Shown: positions 1 to 13,135 of the stretch, piece after piece
Numbering within the stretch: position 1 is the stretch's first letter
How the letters are laid out: each line of letters opens with the position of its first letter
Source: the human T2T-CHM13v2.0 reference genome, Homo sapiens
Assembly (NCBI RefSeq): GCF_009914755.1
Contig: NC_060935.1
Reading direction: 5' to 3' (one strand)
DNA length: 64,000 nucleotides
The notes under the pieces: model-generated
The model's database searches: none
What the model was told of the DNA's origin: nothing
What the model saw: the letters and a program-made list of their open reading frames with translations, nothing else
Translations under genes and position numbers: made by a program

Positions 1-1765
1 AGTGCTTAATATAAGATGATGATGATGATTATTATTATTCTTTCATAGTACCAGTTCTTGCCTTCATTCATTTAGTCATTCAAAAAAACATTTACTGAGC
101 ATCCACTGAGTACTCTTATCCTCTTCATTGTGCTACTGGGCTTGAAGGGAGAAACTGACGAGACTCCTGTCAATAGAGAATTTCAAAAAGAGACAAAAAA
201 AAACAAAACTTTACTTGAACTTGAGCAGCTGCATTGTTTGAGCTCAGTTCTTTATCTGAAAAATGGAGAATAAAATACCAATTTTCCATGGTTAGTGTAA
301 TAGAATATAATAGCCTCAGTGTGATATCTGTTACATAGTAGAGACTCAATAAAAAACAGTCATTATCACAGTTATTCTTGCTATAAGGGAATTTAATGAA
401 GGTACTATGAAATCACAAAGGAGAGAACACTTACCTCTGTGGAACTATTCAATGAGGGAATAAAGGCATCATGTCACCAAGCCAATACTGTACTTCAGAG
501 ATTTATGGAATCACTGCTTATGTGCCACTTAGCAACTTCTGAATGCCTATTAACTTGTATTTGAAAACCTCAACTCAGGGGTCTATGTCTCTTTCTGTCC
601 ACAGTGACATCTGATGTCTAGGTCTTCACTTTCTTTGACAGACCTAGAATCTGCTAAGGAGAAAAACAGAGGGAAATTGAGAGTACATAACCATTAAAAT
701 TAATTGCTCACAAACATTAGAAATCAGACACCCATTGCAGTCATAAAATATGGATAAGGATTTGCTGAAAGTCATTTATATTAAATTACTTTTATAATAA
801 TATTTAACTTTTAAGCTTTAAATATTTAGTGCTTCTTTTCTTGTTGTTTGCAAGGAAACTTGCAGCTGTTTCATAGCTGAAGAACTCCATATCCATTCTG
901 ACTTGAGGCCCAGAGGACTGGACATCAAACCAGCAGCTCTGAGAGTTGAGACCAGCATGTGTGTCAGTGACTTGATATTAGCCAACTCTCATTCATTCAA
1001 CAAAAATTAACTGAAACTCTTGGCATTCCAGATTCCAGGATATAAAGATATATAAAGCATGATCCAAGAACCCAAAAACTATCAAGAAAAGACAGGAAGG
1101 AAAAACCCAACTGTTACAAAATGTTGCCTACATTTCCCCCACACTCATTCCCAAATTACTTAATAGCTTAGAAATGCATCTTGCTCTTTCCCACCTCCAT
1201 GTCTCTGCCTGTGCTAGTCCCCCTACCTTAAATGACAACCCTCCGCCTTGCCATCTCCCAATTCTCCTTATGGATTTAGCTTTAATTGTAACGGGGGTCA
1301 TCACTTCCAAGAGGCTTTTCCAGGAACTACTTGCAGTGTAATTTAGACGTCAAACATTTAATCCACTCTGTTCATACTTAATCCACCCTTTAGACACTAA
1401 CTCTTAATTCACTCTGTGCATACTTCAGTCATAATACCCATCACACTTCCCTGCACTTGTTGATTTACTTGTCAGTCTCCTCTGCCAGCCTGTGAGATAC
1501 TTGTGTCTAATGCATGATTATATTCCTATGTCCTTTGCAGTAACTGACACAGCATAGATGTTCAATTAAACTTTTGGAAGTCAATAAATTAATTGCATAA
1601 TTAATTAATTTGGTAGTATAAGTGTTATAGTAGATAGGTTTACTTAGTATAATGCAACTGTATGGAGGGATACAACCAACTTCTTGTGGGGAATGAGGAG
1701 GAGGGATGCTGTCAGGAAATACTTAGAAATGATCATAGCATTTGAGCAAATTTCTGGAAAAACTG

Positions 1766-2119
1766 TGATATGGTTTGGCTCTGTGTCCCCACCCAAATCT
1801 CACCTTGAATTGTAATAATCCCTATGTGTCAAGGGTGGGACCAGGTGGAAATAAATCATGGGGGTGATTTCCCCCATGCTGTTCTCATGATAATGAGTGA
1901 GTCTTGTGAAATCTGACTGTTTCATAAGCATCTGGCATTTCCCCTGCTGGCACTCATTCTCCCTTCTGCCACCCTGTGAAGAGGTGCCTTCCACCAAGAT
2001 TGTAAGTTTCCTGACGCCTCCCCAGCCAGGCGGAACTGTGAATCAATTAAGCCTCTTTTCTTTATAAGTTACCCAATCTTGGGTATTTCTTCATAGCGGC
2101 ATGAGAATGGACTAATACA
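1766..2119 (+). mobile_element. THE1 (MaLR) solo LTR, THE1C/THE1D-like
   Basis: Starts TGATATGGTTTGGCTCTGTGTCCCCACCCAAATCTC and ends GGACTAATACA. Perfect 5-bp TSD AACTG at 1761-1765 and 2120-2124. Confidence 0.92.
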
Positions 2120-4435
2120 AACTGGATATCTTATAATTATGTACACTAAAAACTGAAATTACTTAATTGTCATTGTGCCCTCAAAAAACTACTTCAGATA
2201 TTTTCACATCTAATTAGCATCGTATGGCCTCTGGTCCTCTCCTATTGCATCGTCCATCACACTGCCATCATCACACCCACTAAAAACATTGTGAACACCA
2301 AAGAACAAGCAGGAACAAAGGAAAGAAAAGGTCTTTCTTCCCTCTCCTCCTACCAACTTTAGATGGTATAAAGTGCCCATCCTATTAGCTTTTCTGTTAA
2401 TGTATTCAGAAAGAATTCCAGTCAGATGCCAGGGTAAAACCTAAGTTGACTGCCAGGAAAGTCTTCATCAAACCCAATCCTATTATTGCAACCCATACAT
2501 TCATTCATTCATTAAAACCATCACCTTCTGGGTAAACCTGTCAATCTACCAGAGTAACAACAGGAGTCACAGAGACACCAACTGCTTCCTGACTCCATTT
2601 CAATACCTCAGAAAGTTTTTCAAAAGACAGAGTCAGACAAAGTCCTGGGATCCTCTAGACTTAAACTAAATTGTGATTATCATGACCTAGTATAACCTTG
2701 GTTCCAGCTACTGCCAAAGGTGATGATAACCTAAACAGGAATAGAAATCTAACTGTTATTATTGCTGGGAAAGTCTTTTTATGTGAGAAAACAATAGGCT
2801 GATCTCTGAACAGGAACTTCTGGTGCTTGTTCTGTAACTTGGAATACATTAAGCTTTGCAGTGCCCTGGAACCTCCATTAAACATACCCAAGGGAGGACA
2901 CCACCCCTTGCAGGCCTAAGGAAATGACTTGCTTCCAACTGCAAATCCCTTCGACCTACTTCCAACCTGTAGTTGGAACATCTCTGCTGGATCCTTTTGA
3001 ATTGTTAAGAGTTGGCATTTGGTATTATTTGGGTAACCTAATATCAGAAAAAAAACAGATCCAAAAATATATGGTGGCTAAACAAAATAGAAATTTACAT
3101 GTTGTTTACAAACCAGTAAAGGCAGATGAAAGAATTGTGGGTTGGGGGCAAAGAGGTGTCTTCCTGTTCCACACAGCACTGACAAAGAATCTTCCATCTT
3201 TGACATGTGGTTTCTATACCCCAGGGAAACTCTCTCATCACAACCAGCTACAAGGAGAGAAGCACCTGGAGTGATGTGTACCACTTCTACTTATCTTGCA
3301 TTCTACAGAACTCAGTCACATGGCCACATCAAACTTCAAGAAAGGCTGGGAAATGTAATCTAGCAGTGTGCCCCAGAAGAAGAGAGTAACAAGGATTTTG
3401 GTAAGCAGCAGATATTGTTGGAAAATAACTTGCAATTTTTAAGAGCATTCATGCAACAATCACCCTATAATAGGCAATAACAAACCTAAGGAAGCAAGTG
3501 CAAGAACATAGGTAGACCTATCTTTAATCCTCTCTGAGCCTCAGATTTCTCCTCAATGAAACAGAGAGAAAAACCAATGTAGGAATAAGTGAGCCAATGG
3601 GGTCAAACACCTATCACAATGCCTGGCACATACGTGTTCAACAAATGTGGTGGTGCTGGTGGTAATTTGCAGTTACTCACTATTCATGGGTAAGATATTG
3701 TTTTCATTTTCAGTATGTAAAATAGTAAGTGCCAAGTTCTAACCTTTGCTGGAGCAATTAGCCACCAATTCAGTTCACACTCTCCTTCCCCCACCTCAGC
3801 TTTTTCCCCTAGAGCTACCACTCTGTCTGCATGGGAAGTCTTAACCATTGATGAGGGACCAATGTCCACTCCATACCCCAAGAGCATTCCTGCTTAGTCT
3901 TTAACTGCAGCCCTGATAAATCACTAGGATTGGTCTGCCTGTCACGGCACATAAAATACAAACCATCAAATGCTAATGAAATTGTATCCACCACTGAGTG
4001 CACAAAAGTGTGTGGCTGGAAGGAGGTCTGACTGCCCAGCAAGTTCATTTGTTCCTTGCTTTAAAGTGATCAATCATTTACTCAAATTTCAGTGAAATGG
4101 CCTGAAATGTGGAAGATAAAACAGCCCAGAGCTCGGGCACAGTAGATTGGAGGCAAGTCTCAGCAGTGGTCATAAGTAGGCAGCCACATCAGAAACAGTA
4201 AAGCCCCAGGGGTCCTGGGTTTTTCAGCTGGGAGCAGAAGGGGTTCTTCATGTGATTGAGTCTCAGTAGGAGCCTTCTGCTTTAGCTCGAACTAAGCTGC
4301 AGCTTCCATCACTTGCTGTGGCACTTAGAGCACTTGCAGTTCAAGGTACTCCCTGGAGTCCCACTCTCAACTTCTGGAGCACCTGCTCCTCCAGTTCATT
4401 TCCGGCAGCTCTCCTACAGCAACTGCCAATAAATA

Positions 4436-5717
4436 TGAGGTGACTTCAAAAAGTTCATAGAATAATGGAATTAAAAGACAAAAATAAAAAGTATAAACTT
4501 CGTTTCCCAACATAAGCTCCATCAAGGTCAAGACAGTTTAGTAAGTGATGATACCAGCCATTGAGTTCATCCCTAAAGAACCAAGGGTCCTAGGAATTTA
4601 ATCATGTCACCGCAGTCCCTTTTACATTAAAAACTGAAGAAAAATGGTGCTCTTTACAGATTTTTTAAGATTAGGACACAAAAAGATATCAGAAGGAGCC
4701 AAATCATGACTGTCAGGTGGATGCCTAATGATTTCTCATTGAAACTCTTAAAAAATGGTCCTTGTTTAATGAGAGGAATGAGCAGGAGCATTGTCATGGT
4801 GGAGAAGGACTGTCTGGTAAAGTTTTCTTGGACATTTCCCTGCTAAAGCTTTGCCTTTCTCAAAACACTCTCATAATAAGCAGATGTTATCATTTTTGGC
4901 ACTCCTGAAAGTTAACAAGCAAAATGCCTTGAGCATCCCAAAAACCTGTTGCCATGACCTTTCCTCTTGATTGGTCCACTTTTGCTGTGACTGGACCACT
5001 TCCACCTCTTGGTAGCCATTGCTTTGATTGTGCCTTGTCTGTGGAATCATACTGGTAAAGTCATGTTTCATCTCCTCTTCCAATTCTTTGAAGAAATGCT
5101 TCAAGATCTTGATCACACTTACTCAGAATTTACATTGAAAGCTCTGCTTTTCTCTGCAGCTACTCGACGCAATGATTTTGTCACTCATCAAGTGGAAAGT
5201 TTGTTAAACTTTAGTTTTTCAGGCAGAATTGAGTAAGTAGAACCAATTGAGAAGTCTGTGCTGTTAGCTAGTGTTTCTGCTATTAATCATTGGTCCTCTC
5301 ATTTAGGGCATAAGCCAGATTAATTTTTTCCTCACAAATTGATCTGCAGCTGAGGGTTTCATCTTCAACATCATCTTGTCCCTTCTTAAAATGAGTTATC
5401 TGCTTGTAAACTGTTGATTTCTTTGAGGCATTGCCCTCATAAACATTTTGTGAAGTATCAATTATTTCACCATGTTTCCACCCAGGCTCCACCATAAATT
5501 TGATGTTTGTTCTTGATTCAATTTTATCAGAATTCATGTTGTTCTGGTAGGGGCTCTTTTCAAAGTGATATCTTAGCATTTTTAGTCCCTCAAACTAGAT
5601 CCTGTCTAGACATGTTATAACAAGTTAGTATGAGTTTATTTTAGTGCAAAAAAAAATGAAATCCAAGCATAGTTATTTTACAATGCACATGTTACAAGGA
5701 ATTATTAAGTCTCCTTG
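4436..5717 (-). mobile_element. HSMAR2 mariner DNA transposon, essentially full length, dead transposase
   Basis: About 1.28 kb between TA dinucleotides (4434-4435, 5718-5719) with degenerate TIRs (TGAGGTGACTTCAAAAAGTTC...). ORF 5283-5579 contains MNSDKIESRTNIKFMVEPGWKHGEII...VYKQITHFKKGQDDVEDE, matching the Hsmar2 transposase N-terminal HTH as I recall it. Stops and frameshifts follow. Confidence 0.9.
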
Positions 5718-5809
5718 TATATATATTAAAAGATTTTTAGCCATTCAGATTCTCTCACCCAGAAATTTCACCTTCAGTAGTCACTCCTAAAAAAAATTAT
5801 CCTGGCTGG

Positions 5810-6607
5810 TAAAAAACATATGAAAAAAAGCTCAACAACACTGATCATTAGAGAAATGCAAATCAAAACCACAATGAGATACCATCTCACGACAGTCAGA
5901 ATGGTGATTATTAAAAAGTCAAGAAACAACAGAGGCTGGCAAGGTTACAGAGAAATAGGAATGCTTTTACACTGTCGGTGTGAATGTAAATTACTTCAAC
6001 CATTGTGGAAGACAGTATGGCGATTCCTCAAAGATCTAGAACCAGAAATACCATTTGGCCCAGCAATCCCATTACTGGGTATATACCCAAAGGAATATAA
6101 CTCATTCTATTATAAAGATACATGCCCACAGATGTTCATTACAGCACTATTCACAATAGCAAAGACATAGAATCAACCCAAATGCCCATCAGTGATAGAC
6201 TGGATAAAGAAAATGTGGTACATATATACCACGGAATACTATGAACCCACAGAAAGGAATGAGATCATGTCCTTTGCAGGGACATGATGGAGCTGGAAGC
6301 CATTATCCTCAACAAACTAATGCAGGAACAGAAAATCAAACACCACATGTTCTCACTTGTAAGTGGGAGCTGAACAATGAGAACACATAACACAGGGAGG
6401 GGAACAACAGACACTGGTGCCTGTCAGGGGGTGGGGTGGTAGGAGGGAGAGCATTAGGAATAATAGCTAATACATGCTGGGCTTAATACCTAGGTGATGG
6501 GTTGATAGGTGCAGCAAACCACCATGACACAAACTTTACCTGTGTAACGAACTTGCACATCCTGCACGTGTACCCTGGAACTTAAAATTAAAATTAAAAT
6601 TAATTTT
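5810..6607 (+). mobile_element. 5'-truncated primate L1 (L1PA-type): ORF2 C-terminus plus 3' UTR
   Basis: ORF 5820-6170 (REMQIKTTMRYHLT...LWKTVWRFLKDLE...PAIPLLGIYPK) is the L1 ORF2 C-terminus. It is followed by a G-rich 3' UTR and A-rich tail and flanked by the duplication AAAAAATTATCCTG(G/T)CTGG. Confidence 0.93.
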
Positions 6608-6620
6608 AAAAAATTATCCT

Positions 6621-6918
6621 GTCTGGGCATGGTGGCTCATGCCTATAATCCCAGCACTCTGGGAGGCTGAGACAGGAGGATTGCTTGAGGCCAGGAATTT
6701 GAGACCAGCCTAGGCAACATAGCAAGACCCTGTCTCTACAAAAATTAAAAATTAGCCAGGCATGTTGGCACATGCCTGTAGTCCCAACCACTCAGGAGAC
6801 TGAGGTGGGAGAATCCCTTGAGGCCAGAAGTTCAAGGTTGCAGAGTGCTATGATCACACCACTGCTGCACTCCAGCCTGAATGACAGAATGAGACCCTGT
6901 CTCAGAAATGAATAAAAT
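6621..6918 (+). mobile_element. AluJ
   Basis: Dimeric Alu with J-type diagnostics (GGATTGCTTGAGGCCAGG, GCTATGATCACACC) and A-rich tail. Confidence 0.92.
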
Positions 6919-7854
6919 AAAATAATCCTAAGTATGGAAATAGCCTTATGCACAAGGATGCTCAATAATAACAAAACAGTAAAAACAACTCATACAATTG
7001 GAATCCCATTGCTAGTCCAATAGTAAGAAAATTGCTTCAATTAGAGTATGAAACATCAAGACATTGAAATACATGTTTGCCATGAATTTGTGATAAATGA
7101 AAGTGTGTATAATGTTATGTTAAGTGAGAAGAGGAAGAAACAACAGCACTATGAGTACAGCTCAGTTTTTAAAGAAGGAACAAAACTATGGTTATATAAG
7201 ATATTATAACTGGGGGAAGTTAGATGAAAGGTACACAAAACTCTGTATTATTTTTATAATTTCTTATAGATCTTAAACTATTTCCAAATAAAAACTTATT
7301 TTTACAAACCGGAAACAGTTGTGCATTGGAAGGCAATATAGTATAGGAGCTAAGAGCATATGATGAAAAAAAAATAAGTGCAGGTGGTCAATTACAGAAG
7401 AGATTTTAAACCATTCATTCTTTTTGTTTAATCACAGCTCATAATAAAACTCCCATAAGAATCCTTTCTAAAAATCTCCTCTCCTTGCAGTTGACTTTTA
7501 TTACTACAGTCTTCTTAGCAGAATAGACCAGAAACCAAGGTGATACAGAAAGTTGTTTCCTTATAACTATAATTACCAGAACAATAATGGAATTTATTAT
7601 TTACCACAGTGTGCCAGGCACAGGTGTTTTATAAATATTAATCCTCATCACAACTTCTAAAGGCAAGTACCATTAAATCCATTTTAAAGATGAAAACATG
7701 AAATTAAGAGAAGTCCAGTGACTTGTCTAACAGTCATAACTAGTGAGCAATTTAGGCAGAGTTTAAACAGAGCTATACAAGGCCTAATCCCAGGCTTTTT
7801 CCAAAACAAATTATTTATCGATTATTTACTTCTTTAAAAATTTATTTACCTGAT

Positions 7855-8196
7855 TGCTATGGTCTGAATTTGTCCTCCAAAATTCATGTGTTAAAAATTT
7901 AGTCCCTAGTGCAAGAGTGTTTGGAGATAGGGCTTGGGAGGTATTTAGGTCATGAGGGCTTTGTCCCCATAAATGAATTGATACCACTATAAAAAGTGTT
8001 TTCAGGGGTGGGTTTGCTATCTCTTGCCCTTCTGCCTTCCTCCATGTGATGACACAGCAAGAAAACCCTCACCAGATGCTAATGCCTTGATCTTGGGCTT
8101 TCCAGCCTCTACAACTGTGAGGAAATAAATTTCTGCTCTTTAAGAACTATCTAGTCTCAGGTATTCTGTTATAAGAGCACAAAACGGACTAAGACA
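7855..8196 (+). mobile_element. MST (MaLR) solo LTR
   Basis: TGCTATGGTCTGAAT...AAAATTCATGTGTT start, ACGGACTAAGACA end, TSD CTGAT/CTAAT. Confidence 0.85.
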
Positions 8197-9087
8197 CTAA
8201 TGTAACAGCAAATGCCCTTCTGGGGCTTTAGTTGCTCATCTGTGAAATTGAGCTGCTGGACTGAGTTTCCCCAACTCTAAGACACAAGGATTCCCCAGGA
8301 GCTCTAGCTCTCCTTTGAGACATTTCCCCCACCAGGCAATGGTCTCCTAGCTCAGTGATGCTCAGCCACTCAGGGAACTTTTAATTCCAAGACTGGGAAC
8401 TCAAACCTGGACATTTTGATTTACTTTGTCTGGGATGGGCTTAGTCATAGGTACTGTGGCCAGGGTTGAGAACCACTGTCCTAACTTGACGACCTTTCTC
8501 TTCTTCCAATCTCCACCCATCCTACAGCTCCTCCATGATACTCCATGACATTCCCAACCTGCCTTTCCAAATTATGCTTATCAATGGAACCAGAATGATC
8601 TTTATAAAACAGATATGACTGTGCGACTCTCCTGTATATACAAGTTTAGTATCTCCCCAGGGTTTACCCAATGGGGTTCTTAAGATGGCACACAGGCCCT
8701 TACCTGGCCTGACCCCAGAGCTCTGCATCCCCAGCATCTTCTGCAGCCATTTCAGACAGCACCCCACACAGATTACGCAATATGCCCCAACCACACCAAA
8801 CACTGTCATACAACTAAGCCCAAATTCACCCTGCATTTACCTGGAAGGCTCTCCCATCCTGTTATCTACTTTGTCCATTCACCCAGCTTTTCAAACCCAT
8901 TGCCCCTCTTCCCCTGCTCCCACCTTCACACCTCACTGCATCCTCCTAGAACTCTTCTGTAGTTCCCTCAGGCAGAGCTAAGAATTCTGTCATCCATGTT
9001 CCTATATGTCTATCAGGCAGCTTAATATGTCTATTAAGTCCTCACCACACTGAATCATTGCAACCACACATGTTGCTCTCCTCTCCT

Positions 9088-9122
9088 CTGCACTCCAGCC
9101 TGGGCGACACAGTGAGACTCTG
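9088..9122 (+). mobile_element. 35-bp Alu right-arm fragment embedded in an L2 3' end
   Basis: CTGCACTCCAGCCTGGGCGACACAGTGAGACTCTG with no poly(A) tail or TSD. Surrounded by L2 3'-end sequence (TGAGCTCCTTGAG...TGAATGAATGAA). Confidence 0.75.
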
Positions 9123-10342
9123 AGCTCCTTGAGAGCCATGCAGTGTTCACTCCAGCACCCTGAGAGAGCAATATGTGTATAAAATACCCTTCAATATGTG
9201 TCAAATAACTGAATGAATGAACAGACATAATAACAAGCAAATGCCATGCTCATGGGTCACTGAGAAAGGTTCGAATAATTTTCAAACTGCTTCTTCCTTA
9301 GACCAACAATGTCTCCTGATTAACAGGCACTACCATGGAACTCAAATAGGGCAGAGTGGCAGGGAGAAGTGGCAGAAAAGTAGACAGAACCAGGACCTCT
9401 TCTCGCAGTTTAAACCAGACTTAAGCCAGCAGCTTACACACCAAGCAAGCACAGAGAGGTTTCCTTTGGCCCAGAAAGTGCTTTAAAATTCTGGTTCTAC
9501 ACTTTCACTTGATGTGTCGGAGGCTCAGGCAACCCGCAACCTGCATTCCCACCAGGCTTCAATGACAGCAGTGGGGTAGCTGCTCCCCCATTTTGAGAAA
9601 GCACCTGTGTTCTCCAATGCGCCACAGTCCCCAACAGTCTCTGTTGTCTTCCCTTAGCTCATCTCTCCCAGTATGTTTGCTGTCTGGCCACTGTAGGCAT
9701 TTGAGTTTGCAACCCTGGGTTTAAACAGATTTCTTGGCTTAAGGAGTTAAAATGCCTGGGGGTGTGCTCATTCTTTGCACCAAAGATTAACAGAAAGGAT
9801 CTCTGCAGCTCCATTTCTCTCCAGGCTAGAAAGTTTAATAAAACCCAGCTGATGCTGCCTGGCTTTAGGGCTGAGAATGCCAGGGGCCATGACTGGGAAA
9901 GGAGAACAAAGTGGGGGGAAGAGGAGGCTAGGTGTAGCACAAAGAGGCTGTCTGGAAGTGTGACCCTCTGTTCTGCCAGGCTGAGATAAGCTCCTCAGCA
10001 GGACTGTTAAGGAAAGGTGAGGACGGAGCTGGACACTCAGCAAAGGGAAATGTTCAGGAAGAAATTCCCCAGCAAGTCTGTTAGACAAGCCACTGTCTCG
10101 TGAAGCTTTAGCTCCACTCACTGGCTGGCTATAAATTAAGCTCCAGGAAGCCAGCACAGCTCAGCAAAGCTTCCAGGCAGCCCCAAGGCACTGCTTAGAA
10201 GAGGAACTTTTCCTCAAACTCCACCTCTTACAGAGTTTCCATAGGCTGGCCATTTATGGGTTGTGTGACCCTGGACTTCAGTGTCCTCCCGTAGAAAACA
10301 AGGAGTATGAACTAGATTTATCTCTAGTGTCCTTTCTAGGTG

Positions 10343-10573
10343 TTTCTTTCTTTCTTTTTAAACAAGGTCTCACTCTGTCACCCAGGCTGGAATGCAATGG
10401 AACGATCATGGCTCACAGCAGCCTCAACCTCCTGCGCTCAAGTGATCCTCCTGCCTCAGCCTCCCAAGTAACTGGGACCACAGGCATGCACCACCACTCT
10501 GGGCTAATTTTTTTACTCTTTGCAAAGATGGGGTTGCAATGTTTCCCAGGTTAGTCTTTAACTCCTGGGCTTC
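10343..10573 (-). mobile_element. AluJ, 5'-truncated
   Basis: T-rich tail, then GGTCTCACTCTGTCACCCAGGCTGG...CTCAAGTGATCCTCCTGCCTCAGCC; breaks off in the left arm. Confidence 0.88.
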
Positions 10574-11049
10574 TAAGAATTTTAACATTTGCTCTTTCTT
10601 CCAACAAAGAGGTGATGCCCACATAGAGGAAAATGTAACTTTATATAAACATATATAAACCCTGCTTTCCACTTTAATTAAGACATAAATACCTGCAGCA
10701 GCTAGAGATGTGAAGAGGCAAGTGAGCAGAGGAAATGTGCATAAGACTCTCAGCAGCTTGGTAATAAACAGGGAGGACTGAAGTGACCCTGTGGCTCCAA
10801 AGGTGGCTGTTCATTAGCCTCCTCCTATCCTTAGACCCAGCTGGAACATTGCATGCACTGGCTCCCAGGTTGCAGAGGATGTCAGCAGCTCCAGCTCACC
10901 TGATTGAAGGAGGCCATGTGACTTTCCCTGGACTTCCTGCTTGGACAGTGAATCCCTGTAGGGCCTGGATCCATTACCCTCTTCTTCTCCCACTCTACCC
11001 AGCACTCTTCTTCATGAGTTTGCTTTCTCCTGTCTTTTTTTCCTCCACT

Positions 11050-11470
11050 TTTCATTCAAAAATTGTTGATTAAGCACCTCCTATGGGACAGACATTTTTC
11101 TAGAGTCTGGGAACACCTCAGTGAACAGACAGGTTCTTATTCTTATAGATCTTCCATTCTAGAGAGAAAGCTGAAAGATAAATAACACAGCAGGCAGTGA
11201 GGGGTGCTACAAAGAAGGATAAGCAGGGTAAGTGCGTGGGAAAATGTGCTACTTTGTCCTCTAGAGGCCAGGGAAAGCCTCTCTGTTAAGGTGATATTTG
11301 ACAGAGATTTGAAGACACTGAAGGAGTGAGCCATTTGGATCTCTAGGGAAAGAGCATTCTTCTCCACGCAGAGAAGAGCAAGTGCAAAGGCCATGATGAA
11401 GAAGTGAGCTTGGCCAGAGTGAGGGACACCAAGGGTGGCCTACAGTGCATGCAAGTCTTAAGAGATGAGG
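11050..11470 (-). mobile_element. L2 fragment
   Basis: TTCATTCAAAA...TTGATTAAGCACCTCCTATG...GTGATATTTGACAGAGATTTGAAG is typical antisense L2 3' sequence. Boundaries approximate. Confidence 0.7.
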
Positions 11471-11767
11471 TTCCCGGTGCCCTTTGACTGCTCCAGAGAT
11501 CCTGTGCTCACAACACAAAGCCCCAATCATCCTAAAATATATCTATGCTAAGGAAATTTGTCCCAAAATTTCCTTTCATCATGATTTACCTTCTGGTATC
11601 CCACCCATGAAAGCAGAAATTTCCTGCTTTCTCCTAATAATTGCTAACCTGTCTCCTCCCCTAAAATGTAAGACCAAGGAGAACAGGGACTTGGTCTATT
11701 CATTCACTGCTCTATGTTCAGCTCCTATTTCAGTACTGAAAACCAAGTAGGCCCTCAATAAGTATTT

Positions 11768-12047
11768 TTTAATTAATTTATTTATTTATTTTATTATTAT
11801 TATTATTTTATATTTTTGAGATGGAATCTCTCTCTGCTGCCCAAGCTGAGTGCAGTGGCACAATCTCGGCTCACTGCAACCTCCACCTCCCAGGTTTAAG
11901 CAATTTCTGGCTAATTTTTGTATTTTTAGTAGAGACAGGGTTTCACCATGTTGGCCAGGCTGATCTCAAGCTCCTGACCCCAAATGATCCCTCTGCCTCA
12001 GCCTCCCAAAGTGCTGGGATTACAAGCATGAGTTACCGCCCCTGGCC
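11768..12047 (-). mobile_element. AluS with ~50-bp internal deletion
   Basis: Antisense Alu whose right arm jumps from AAGCAATT to TCTGGCTAATT. TSD CCCTCAATAA(G/A)TATTT at about 11752 and 12050. Confidence 0.9.
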
Positions 12048-12843
12048 AACCCTCAATAAATATTTATTTTCTAGATGAAATGGGGAAACTAGCTATGTTA
12101 CATGGTAATGAGGCAGCTGACTTTCTTGGAAGCAGAAGACTTAATTCTAGATTTGGTGACACAAAAGCAATAAAGGAAGGACCTCTATAAATCACTCATG
12201 TCTCTGAGCCTCAGCTCTCAAAGTGTTGGATTAGAACTAGGGATGGCAAAATCCTGCTACAGGCACAACCACTACCCCCTTCCATGCCCACTAGACCCTC
12301 TAATGAACCGTAGCTGTCTCTCTCTAGAAAAAACTTCGGAATTCTTCCCACCCAATGCTCTTAGCAGCCACAACCAAAGGGTCAGAGGTGACTCTTACAA
12401 TGAACCCAATTTGCCATCCATCAATTAGATGTTTAAGATTCCTTTCCACTTTAATATCCTATAATTCAAATCTAAGCAAGCTTGTTTGGCCATATGGAGG
12501 TACATTTTTCTGCAAAATCAATCCCAAGAAATCCTACTGCTCACAGGCAAGCAGGTAACCCCTGCTTCCATAGCACAGACAGTCACTAATAACACTTGCT
12601 TCAATTGGGACAAATAGTTTTCCCCCAGAACCTAATTCAAGGCTATCTTTTTCAGGCTCTTTAGAAGGCTGCTAGAGTTGGTCCCTTGAGTAAGCTGAGT
12701 ATTGTGGTGCCCTTCAGTTCCTATGCCATAGAAGCTTGAACCTCATTCATTAATCCACTAGCCCTAAGGCTTAAAACCAGTCTGGCCTGGCTTGGAGCCT
12801 TTAGATCACTCTCTATCTTCTGGCCAATAAGAATGAATTTCTA

Positions 12844-13135
12844 GGCCAGGCATGGCGGCTCACGCCTGTAATCCCAGCACTTTGGGGGACTGAGGGTGGC
12901 GGATCAATTAAGGTCAGGAGTTGAGGTCAGGACCAGCTGGGCCAAGCCCATATCTACAAAAAATACAAAAATTAGCCAGGCATGGTAGCACACACCTGTA
13001 ATCCCAGCTACTGAGGGAGGCTGAGGCACAGGAATCGCTTGAACCCAGGAGGCAGAGGTCGCAGTGAGCTGGGATCGCACCACTGCACTCCAGCCTGGGC
13101 GACAGAGTGAGACTCCGTTTCAAAAAAAAAAAAAA
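12844..13135 (+). mobile_element. AluS
   Basis: GGCCAGGCATGGCGGCTCACGCC start and A tail. TSD AAGAATGAATTTCT / AAGAGTGAGTTTCT. Confidence 0.93.

Noticed and set aside
5820-6170. 116-aa ORF as a gene
   Set aside because: It is the C-terminal remnant of ORF2 from a 5'-truncated L1.
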